Below are positions 17,066-22,966 of a DNA stretch of 40,186 bases, one piece after another. Both the position numbers and the translations under genes were made by a program. A model generated the notes under the pieces. That model saw only the letters and a program-made list of their open reading frames with translations. It made no database searches and had not been told where the DNA came from. Every line of letters starts with the position of its first letter. Within the stretch, counting starts at the first letter, position 1. Origin of the DNA: a virus; IMG/VR virus record IMGVR_UViG_3300042906_000531. One strand, 5' to 3'.

Positions 17066-17380
17066 ATGAGCAACACAATCAACATCAACGGAATCGACTA
17101 CATCCCCGCAGCAGATGCTGTACCCCGCATCACCGGCAACCGCGCCGTGGTGGTCGTGGATCGAGGCTGGATTTTTGCAGGTGATGTCACCCGTCAGAAC
17201 GGCCGCATCCGCCTCGACCGCGCGGTGCATGTATTCCGGTGGGAATCCATCGGGTTCGATGGCGTAATTGCAACCCCCAAGAGCAGCAGAGTGACGCTCA
17301 AGCCTATGCCCAACGGCGTGGACTTGCCCGAGGGCGCAGAGATTTTCTGCGTACCGGTTAACGACCAGTGGGGTCTGTGA
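17066..17380 (+). CDS. Hypothetical protein (104 aa)
   Basis: AAGGAG RBS 8 nt upstream of the ATG. No family recognised. Confidence 0.75.
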   Translation: MSNTININGIDYIPAADAVPRITGNRAVVVVDRGWIFAGDVTRQNGRIRLDRAVHVFRWESIGFDGVIATPKSSRVTLKPMPNGVDLPEGAEIFCVPVNDQWGL

Positions 17381-17679
17381 TGTTCCGGCTTATCGGCAAC
17401 GGCAACGGCAACGGCTACGGCTACGGCTACGGCTGCGGCAACGGCTGCGGCTACGGCGACGGCGACGGCTACGGCGACGGCAACGGCTGCGGCTACGGCG
17501 ACGGCGACGGCAACGGCTACGGCAACGGCAACGGCTACGGCAACGGCTACGGCTGCGGCTACGGCAACGGCTACGGCAACGGCTACGGCAACGGCAACGG
17601 CTACGGCTACGGCGACGGCGACGGCACTGTTAGCGGCAATCCTCGCAGGGTGCGCGGCATCAAGCAGGAGGAAGTATGA
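17380..17679 (+). CDS. Gly-X dipeptide-repeat protein (99 aa; X = Asn/Tyr/Asp/Cys)
   Basis: ATG 17380 overlaps the upstream stop (TGATG) and its own stop overlaps the next start (ATGA). Translation is MFRLI-(GN/GY/GD/GC)x~38-GTVSGNPRRVRGIKQEEV. Confidence 0.7.
   Translation: MFRLIGNGNGNGYGYGYGCGNGCGYGDGDGYGDGNGCGYGDGDGNGYGNGNGYGNGYGCGYGNGYGNGYGNGNGYGYGDGDGTVSGNPRRVRGIKQEEV
17395..17625. repeat. Imperfect hexanucleotide tandem array (GGC-NAC/TGC), about 38.5 units
   Basis: Read directly. Every odd codon is GGC, and every even codon is AAC, TAC, GAC or TGC. Confidence 0.97.
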
Positions 17680-18164
17680 GCAGAGAAGTGATGCAGCAGG
17701 CGCTTGAGGCGTTGGAGACATATCTAACGATGGACACGGTAGAGGAATCGCATCTGCTTGAAGTAGACATTGCGCCAAAAGCCATCAACGCCCTACGCGC
17801 CGCGCTTGCGGAGCCTGAGCCACGCAATCAGTGCGGTGAAACCTGTGAGCGAGCAAAGCTATGTGCAATCTGTACTCGTGGGCTTGAGGAGCCTAAGCAA
17901 AACACTGTGACCTGCGTCTGCGGTGCTGTGTGGGACGGTGAGCAGATGGTTCATGCACCACGAAAGCGTGAATGGGTTGGGCTGACGGATGAGGAAGTGA
18001 TGGTTGCTGCGTATCAGGCTGGGTTTGACATCCACGAAGATTACGACAACGAGGATGACCCAGAAAAATTGTACTGGTGGTCAGCCGATGGCGAAGCGTC
18101 TAACGACTCTTTGTTAAAGCTGCGTGATTTTATTGAAGCCAAATTAAAGGAAAAGAACACATGA
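17676..18164 (+). CDS. Hypothetical Cys-rich protein (162 aa); C-terminus paralogous to 15950..16318
   Basis: CGETCERAKLCAICTRG...CVCG. Also contains the shared INALRAALAEPEP and FIEAKLKEKN segments. Confidence 0.7.
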   Translation: MSREVMQQALEALETYLTMDTVEESHLLEVDIAPKAINALRAALAEPEPRNQCGETCERAKLCAICTRGLEEPKQNTVTCVCGAVWDGEQMVHAPRKREWVGLTDEEVMVAAYQAGFDIHEDYDNEDDPEKLYWWSADGEASNDSLLKLRDFIEAKLKEKNT

Positions 18165-18412
18165 CACGAGACGACATTATCAAGATGGCGAAGGAGGCTA
18201 AATTGCCGTACGAGTACGACACCGGGCGCGTGTTGTATCTGAAAGAACTTGAACGCTTCGCTGCACTTGTTGCAGCACATGAAAGAGAGGCGTGTGCGAA
18301 GGTGTGTGATGAGAAAGTGGACGCTGAATATGCGACAGGGAAGGTTGACCATAATGAAATGGCGTGGACGCAAGCATGTGCAATAGCCATCAGAGCAAGG
18401 GGTGAGCAATGA
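18161..18412 (+). CDS. Hypothetical protein (83 aa); paralog of 16311..16532
   Basis: MTRDDIIKMAKEA...ELERFAALVAAHEREACAK...AIAIRARGEQ. ATGA coupling at both ends. Confidence 0.75.
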   Translation: MTRDDIIKMAKEAKLPYEYDTGRVLYLKELERFAALVAAHEREACAKVCDEKVDAEYATGKVDHNEMAWTQACAIAIRARGEQ

Positions 18413-18720
18413 ACGGCGCTGAAATCCAGAGAATGGCGCATAACCTCGGACTTGTTCACCACACGGATCAAGTCAAATGGTTAGTCCGTCAGATCCTAAA
18501 AAAACACAAACCGCTGACCAAAACCGAGAAGATTTACCTTGCTCACCTTACGCAGCCTTATTCGCTCATCGAGCTATCAAAGCACTTCGGCTGCACCACT
18601 GAAGGCGCAAGGAAGCACCTAAAAGCACTGATGGCAAAAGGTCTTGTCGACAGGGAAACTCGATACAAATGGAGAGAAGGTAGACACGGAGCGTGGGCGT
18701 GGTACTACTTCAAAAAATGA
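18409..18720 (+). CDS. Putative winged-helix (MarR-like) DNA-binding protein (103 aa)
   Basis: YSLIELSKHFGCTTEGARKHLKALMAKGLVDRE is wHTH-like. Confidence 0.55.
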   Translation: MNGAEIQRMAHNLGLVHHTDQVKWLVRQILKKHKPLTKTEKIYLAHLTQPYSLIELSKHFGCTTEGARKHLKALMAKGLVDRETRYKWREGRHGAWAWYYFKK

Positions 18721-18899
18721 AAGACTACACCGCAGGGCATACGGTCTGGATGACACCCAAAGACAAGAAACCACCGCTCGGATCTAAGATGCTTTTACTG
18801 AACCCCGGTGGAGTCTGCGTTATCGGTCATTGGTCAGAGTGGGCGGTAGCGTGGGCTCCGTTGCCTAAAGTACCTGAGCACATAAAGGCGATGTTATGA
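18717..18899 (+). CDS. Hypothetical protein (60 aa)
   Basis: The start is taken at ATG 18717 (ATGA overlap with the upstream stop). Confidence 0.55.
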   Translation: MKDYTAGHTVWMTPKDKKPPLGSKMLLLNPGGVCVIGHWSEWAVAWAPLPKVPEHIKAML

Positions 18900-19171
18900 A
18901 CGACCCAATAAACCCAAAGCATTACAAGTCTCATCCATCAGGCATAGAAGTGATTGAGATTACCGAGCACATGAATTTCTGCTTAGGCAATGCAGTGAAG
19001 TACATCCTACGAGCAGGCTTGAAATCTCAAGATGCAACCGAGGATCTCAAGAAAGCAGTCTGGTACATCAACCGAGAAATCGAAAGGATTAACAATGGAT
19101 CTCAAAAAAGCAGCAAGGCAAGCGTATGTGAACAGTCTGACTCAGGATCTCACGGACTGGGACAGAATTGA
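18896..19171 (+). CDS. DUF3310-family phage protein
   Basis: INPKHYKSHPSGIEVIEITEHMNFCLGNAVKYILRAGLKSQDATEDLKKAVWYINREIERI matches the P.HY...E.I...F..GNA.KY..R...K...EDL.KA.WY pattern. Confidence 0.8.
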   Translation: MNDPINPKHYKSHPSGIEVIEITEHMNFCLGNAVKYILRAGLKSQDATEDLKKAVWYINREIERINNGSQKSSKASVCEQSDSGSHGLGQN

Positions 19172-19280
19172 GCTTCAGTTGGAAGAGCTAGAAGAAATAT
19201 CTGCCGAGCTTGAAGAAAAAAGTAAGGCCCTACTAAAGTCTATAGAAGCATTCAAAAAGGATCTTGATTCCAAATCCTGA
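19095..19280 (+). CDS. Small coiled-coil protein (61 aa)
   Basis: ATG 19095 lies after AAGGA. MDLKKAARQAYVNSLTQDLTDWDRIELQLEELEEISAELEEKSKALLKSIEAFKKDLDSKS. Overlaps the 3' end of the DUF3310 ORF by 77 nt. Confidence 0.5.
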   Translation: MDLKKAARQAYVNSLTQDLTDWDRIELQLEELEEISAELEEKSKALLKSIEAFKKDLDSKS

Positions 19281-19318
19281 CAGACTTACAATGAATTTGG
19301 ACTCCTCCCCTGTTGGTT

Positions 19319-19345
19319 AGCCCTCGCAATGAGGGCTTTTTTTTA
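19319..19345 (+). terminator. Rho-independent terminator closing the rightward early operon
   Basis: AGCCCTC-gcaat-GAGGGCT, followed by T8. Confidence 0.85.
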
Positions 19346-19354
19346 GGTCTCGAC

Positions 19355-19756
19355 ATGAAAAAGCATTTTCTGGAAGCACTGCGATCAGAGAAGCCCGCTA
19401 AGTCCCCGGGCGAGTTCATTATGTGCTTGCTTCACGGTGTCACTAACGCACACATCCTGCACCTACAGTCGAAGTCGTATGCCGAGCACAAGGCTCTAGG
19501 ACATTTCTACGATGACCTCGGTGATCTAGTAGATTCAGTGGTCGAGCAGTATCAAGGTCTGGAAGCTAAGATCCTTAACTACCCTGTCGAGTATCGAGCA
19601 CCAGAACAAACAGCGATAGCCGAGCTAGAGTACATGCTGGAATACGTTAGGGTTTACCGAAGCTCGATGGGTGATGACTCAGCCATCCAGAACAGTGTGG
19701 ACGAGATCGTTGCGCTCATGCAGTCAACACTCTACAAACTCAGATTCCTTAAGTAA
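19355..19756 (+). CDS. Ferritin/Dps-like four-helix-bundle protein (family assignment tentative)
   Basis: MKKHFLEAL...NAHILHLQSKSYAEHKALGHFYDDLGDLVDSVVEQYQG resembles Dps-like phage proteins. It is the first ATG after the terminator. Confidence 0.6.
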   Translation: MKKHFLEALRSEKPAKSPGEFIMCLLHGVTNAHILHLQSKSYAEHKALGHFYDDLGDLVDSVVEQYQGLEAKILNYPVEYRAPEQTAIAELEYMLEYVRVYRSSMGDDSAIQNSVDEIVALMQSTLYKLRFLK

Positions 19757-20142
19757 TGCCGAGAACCCCAAAGCAAACAACATGTCGAGAACTCGGTTGT
19801 AATAATCCAAAGGTCAACAACTCTACATTTTGCAGCCAACACGGCGGTGCCAACAGCGAGGACCGCAAGACATTCAACAGGATGTACAACTCTAAGCAGT
19901 GGAAGCAATTCAGACAGATTCAGCTATCTAAACACCCGATCTGCGCTAGGTGTCAAAGTCTAGGAAAGATCGCACCAGCCCATCATGTAGACCACATATT
20001 CCCGCACAGGATGGACAGAGAAAAGTGGATGGGCAACAAATTCCAAAGCCTCTGTCATGAGTGCCACTCTATCAAGACAGGCTTAGAGAGAAAGGGCGAG
20101 ATACACGATTATATGGAGCAAAAGGTCTACGAGCTAACGTAA
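19756..20142 (+). CDS. HNH endonuclease, terminase-associated (HK97 gp74-like)
   Basis: HPICARCQSLGKIAPAHHVDHIFPH...FQSLCHECHSIKTGLERKG. Sits in the usual end-of-genome position upstream of the terminase genes. Confidence 0.85.
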   Translation: MPRTPKQTTCRELGCNNPKVNNSTFCSQHGGANSEDRKTFNRMYNSKQWKQFRQIQLSKHPICARCQSLGKIAPAHHVDHIFPHRMDREKWMGNKFQSLCHECHSIKTGLERKGEIHDYMEQKVYELT

Positions 20143-20268
20143 TTTTTTTTCTGTCGCGCCAAAAAAAATCGGGACCGGCAGCTGCCCAAATTCCGAAACC
20201 AATTTCAAAACAAAATCGCCAGAATTTTTTTTCAAAAATTTTTTTTAAGCAGCTGGGGTTTGACTTGA

Positions 20269-20333
20269 AACGGACAGACGGTCGATTTACGGTGATGGAA
20301 GGAGCCAGCGGCAGCCAGACACCGACGGACGGC
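20269..20333. repeat. Left cluster of short direct-repeat motifs shared with 20421..20433 and 22623..22814
   Basis: AACGGACAGACGG is at 20269..20281 and again at 20421..20433. ACGGTCGATT is at 20278..20287. CCGACGGACGGC is at 20322..20333. Confidence 0.9.
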
Positions 20334-20493
20334 AGCCGACGCCGCTAGTCGGGGGACCGACGGCGGAACGGTGAGCGATCGGCGGTTTTTGGGCGTTGAA
20401 AAGCATAAACGGCACCATAGAACGGACAGACGGCGGTTTTCAGGCCTACCCGGAAAACAACGGGCAAGCCCCCCAAAAAGACGACAAAAGCCC

Positions 20494-20715
20494 CTAGACC
20501 GGGGGATCAGATGCGAGCGCATAGGCGAGGGCCTGAGCTTCAGTCTGAAAAACCGCGACGGCAGGCACGGGCTCGCCCTCAATAATCCATTGCGCGACCC
20601 ATTGCCCGCGAGTATTGACGTATAGGCGAACTGCGCCCTCAATCCGATTGATAAGCATAAAAACCCCACAAAAAAGCACAGCAAGCCCGCTAAGGAAAAC
20701 CCAAAGCAAGCGCAC
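20494..20715 (-). CDS. Possible small membrane-anchored protein (73 aa from GTG, or 54 aa from internal ATG)
   Basis: The hydrophobic N-terminus LLWVFLSGLAVLFCGVFMLI is followed by a plausible soluble segment. RBS evidence is poor. Confidence 0.3.
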   Translation of the reverse strand: MRLLWVFLSGLAVLFCGVFMLINRIEGAVRLYVNTRGQWVAQWIIEGEPVPAVAVFQTEAQALAYALASDPPV

Positions 20716-20738
20716 GCCTTCGGTTAGCCCGAAAGCAC

Positions 20739-20765
20739 AAAAGCCCCTAGCCCTACGGCTAAGGG
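20739..20765 (-). terminator. Hairpin with downstream U-rich tract on the minus strand (third stacked terminator-like element)
   Basis: Minus strand: CCC-U-UAGCC-GUAG-GGCUA-GGG, then GCUUUUGUGCUUU. An 8-bp stem with one bulge. Confidence 0.4.
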
Positions 20766-20767
20766 TG

Positions 20768-20788
20768 AAAAAAAAGCCCCTAAGGGCT
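20768..20788 (-). terminator. Rho-independent terminator (minus strand)
   Basis: Minus strand: AGCCC-UUAG-GGGCU, followed by U7. Confidence 0.7.
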
Positions 20789-20793
20789 AAAAG

Positions 20794-21027
20794 TTACTTG
20801 ATAGACCAGCCAAAAGAACCCGCAAGCCCTTTAGATCTAAGCAAGTCTGATTGAGCATAAGTACAAGGCCTGAGCACAAAAGACTGCAAGCCGGTTTTCC
20901 TATTTGAACAACAGAAAACTGCGATCAGCTTGCGCGGTTTTTTCTGATCAGCCATTGTGTGAAAGCCCACAGCATTTGCAGGCAGGGTTTTGAAAACGCT
21001 CTCAAGGCGCATTCGGATTACATTCAT
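20794..21027 (-). CDS. Doubtful ORF (77 aa) between two minus-strand terminators
   Basis: GGAG lies 8 nt upstream of the ATG, but the composition (R/K/C-rich) is not convincing. It could instead be an untranslated transcript. Confidence 0.25.
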   Translation of the reverse strand: MNVIRMRLESVFKTLPANAVGFHTMADQKKPRKLIAVFCCSNRKTGLQSFVLRPCTYAQSDLLRSKGLAGSFGWSIK

Positions 21028-21044
21028 GATGAAAACTCCAAAGC

Positions 21045-21066
21045 AAAAAAAAAGCCCCGAAGGGCT
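21045..21066 (-). terminator. Rho-independent terminator (minus strand) after gene 21072..21242
   Basis: Minus strand: AGCCC-UUCG-GGGCU, followed by U8. It begins 5 nt after the stop codon. Confidence 0.8.
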
Positions 21067-21071
21067 AGCAA

Positions 21072-21242
21072 TCAGTAAATCGCAAGCTCGTCGGGCTTTG
21101 CTGGTATTTGATCTTTTAGATCGGCGTATGACAAGTAGCCCGCATCAATAGCCATTAGATCCAGTGCTTCGGATTCGCACGATGCGACATAAGACCCCAG
21201 ATTTTGCCCGCTGATAGTATTTACAATAGTAAAAATTTTCAT
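21072..21242 (-). CDS. Small hypothetical protein (56 aa)
   Basis: The start is taken at ATG 21242, preceded by GAGGATCAT. MKIFTIVNTISGQNLGSYVASCESEALDLMAIDAGYLSYADLKDQIPAKPDELAIY. The longer ORF-track start at 21314 lacks an RBS. Confidence 0.65.
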   Translation of the reverse strand: MKIFTIVNTISGQNLGSYVASCESEALDLMAIDAGYLSYADLKDQIPAKPDELAIY

Positions 21243-21329
21243 ATGATCCTCATAAGTTGAAAAACAAAGCGCAGGCAAAGCCCACACCAAAAACAAAAGC
21301 AATGGTCCAATCAAAAAGCTTTTTCACGG

Positions 21330-21482
21330 TTAGCCCCCCATGAGAATTTTCTTCAAAAAAGGAATTGCATAGCCCGTGAGATTAGATAATTCTCTTAAGG
21401 TCATATTGGGATTAGCATCGTATATGCGCTTGATATCGTCGAAAGTTAAACCTGAAATGCTTTTTTTGAGGGTGTAAGCCAT
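21330..21482 (-). CDS. Small HTH-like protein (50 aa), not in the ORF track
   Basis: ATG 21482 lies 8 nt after AAGGAG. MAYTLKKSISGLTFDDIKRIYDANPNMTLRELSNLTGYAIPFLKKILMGG. MTLRELSNLTGYAIPFLKKIL looks like a helix-turn-helix. Confidence 0.6.
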   Translation of the reverse strand: MAYTLKKSISGLTFDDIKRIYDANPNMTLRELSNLTGYAIPFLKKILMGG

Positions 21483-21516
21483 AATTAATGCTCCTTTTAG
21501 GTTTTGGGGTTAGGAT

Positions 21517-22233
21517 CTAGGCGTAATGAGCGGCAGCTTTGCCGTGGGCGAGAATAGCAATCGATACCGATTCAGGCTTAAGGGCCCCATCACATGCGGC
21601 GCAAGTTATGCACTGCCTTTTATTGCCACCCTCGTTGGATGCCGGGCAATAGATTTCCCTATCAAGCTTAGGTGCGGCATTGATAGGGATAACGCGGAAA
21701 GTACGCCATCCCATTGAACGGGCAATGTCTCGGTCTTCGATGGAATCGGCCGATGCCATACAAAGCTCACGATGCGCTTGCGCGAAAGCTTGCTTCCATT
21801 GATGCGAATAACCGGTCCAGTCTAAAGCTTCGGACAATAATTCAATCCAGACATCGTGCGGAATCATTGCTGGATCGCCATAAGCCCCTAACCGGACCTT
21901 TCGGCCGGATAAAAGCTTTACAGCAAGCTCCAAATTGTCCGAATAATCGGGATATGACCCACGAAGAAAAGCTTTGTAAATTGCGCTAACTGACTTGCCC
22001 ACATCAACGTAACAAGTGCGTTTTTGCCCAGCGCTTCCACGATGTACACAATCACCGCATATGCTTACATCGTCGGCCGTCTTAATTGCTTCCATCGGAT
22101 GCATATCTGATCGGATAATGTAAGTCTGAACCATATCCCCAGTTTTTACATTTTTGGACCGAAGAACGGCGATCCCGACGATAGGCGCATTGTCCACAGG
22201 TGAAAACCCACGATAAAAAATAAAGCCCCTCAT
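21517..22233 (-). CDS. Cys-rich protein of unknown function (238 aa)
   Basis: Contains 8 Cys, including ICGDCVH and RQCITCAACDG. Conserved-looking blocks are RLGAYGDPAMIP, WTGYSHQW and GWRTFRV. Stop and start are tightly packed with the neighbouring genes. Confidence 0.8.
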   Translation of the reverse strand: MRGFIFYRGFSPVDNAPIVGIAVLRSKNVKTGDMVQTYIIRSDMHPMEAIKTADDVSICGDCVHRGSAGQKRTCYVDVGKSVSAIYKAFLRGSYPDYSDNLELAVKLLSGRKVRLGAYGDPAMIPHDVWIELLSEALDWTGYSHQWKQAFAQAHRELCMASADSIEDRDIARSMGWRTFRVIPINAAPKLDREIYCPASNEGGNKRQCITCAACDGALKPESVSIAILAHGKAAAHYA

Positions 22234-22235
22234 GA

Positions 22236-22517
22236 TTAAGCCCCCGCCTTGTGCTTAATCCATTTTTGGGCTTGCTGGTGTTTAACCCTAAGCTCTAAAG
22301 CGACTGCTATTAGATCGGCATGCTTTAAAAGTAACTCGGCAAAATCGCTTGCTATTGGATCGCTGTTAGTAGCAAAGCGATCAGCGAATAGGTCATATAT
22401 ATCCATTGCTATAGCAGGGCTTCCGCGATCTAAATCAAGCCCAACAAAAAGCTCGTGATCTATCACGGCATTTAGCACCACCTCTGTGGCGAATACAGTC
22501 TTTTCAATTACGTTCAT
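22236..22517 (-). CDS. Acidic hypothetical protein (93 aa), first gene of the minus-strand cassette
   Basis: ATG preceded by AAGGAAAAG. Stops 2 nt before the next gene. Confidence 0.7.
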   Translation of the reverse strand: MNVIEKTVFATEVVLNAVIDHELFVGLDLDRGSPAIAMDIYDLFADRFATNSDPIASDFAELLLKHADLIAVALELRVKHQQAQKWIKHKAGA

Positions 22518-22622
22518 TTGGCTTTTCCTTTTAGTGCATCGGAATTGATGCGTAGGGCGATCCTAGCCCCATTTCAGGCCATACCGATCGCCATCCCCCA
22601 TTTATTTAATCGCTAGCCGATG

Positions 22623-22814
22623 GACGGTCGATTACCGCACCATTAACGGCACCAGAACCCCCCAAAACCCCCAAAAACTGATGCGCCACTGGCACAGTCA
22701 GCGCTAACCCATTGATTTTCAACGATAACCGGCCATTTCCGTTATAGCTTGCGACAATCGGCGGTATTTCGGGGTATCAACGGCCTCAACGGTCGATTTG
22801 GGCCGACGGACGGC
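22623..22814. repeat. Right cluster of the short direct-repeat motifs
   Basis: ACGGTCGATT is at 22624..22633 and 22789..22798. CCGACGGACGGC is at 22803..22814. All are in the same orientation as the left cluster. Confidence 0.9.
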
Positions 22815-22966
22815 GAAAATGACTTAAAAATTGTAGCGGTCAGGGAAGGGCAAGCGCGCGCTCGACTTTCTGTAATACTTATGTATAAGGGGGGCCGACC
22901 AAAAATAGGGAATTCCCCTTGCGTAGCCACGCAAAAAGACGCACATTAGACGCAAAGGAGAGAACT

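Noticed and set aside
17395-17625. Diversity-generating retroelement idea. The variable codons AAC/TAC/GAC/TGC are all reachable from AAC by adenine substitutions, as in DGR variable repeats.
   Set aside because: No reverse transcriptase ORF occurs anywhere in the 40 kb, there is no template/variable repeat pair, and no IMH-like element. Slippage and point mutation within a hexanucleotide array explain the pattern more simply.
17395-17625. Possible CRISPR array or other spacer-repeat structure.
   Set aside because: The unit length is 6 nt with no spacers, and the tract lies inside a coupled coding frame.
17194-17778. 194-aa minus-strand ORF with a long (Ala-Val)n run.
   Set aside because: It is the antisense shadow of the GGC-NAC array (GCC/GTN codons). 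It has no RBS or coupled start, it overlaps three well-supported + strand genes, and it sits inside a unidirectional + strand operon.
20061-20854. Plus-strand ORFs 20061..20348, 20371..20625 and 20615..20854 downstream of the HNH gene.
   Set aside because: The translations are Arg/Pro/Lys-rich and low complexity, with no RBS. They run through homopolymer tracts, repeat motifs and minus-strand terminator hairpins, so the region is better explained as non-coding or regulatory.
22742-22949. ORFs 22742..22930 (-) and 22749..22949 (+) just upstream of terS.
   Set aside because: They have no RBS and mutually overlap on opposite strands. They lie in the repeat-motif and candidate cos/promoter region.
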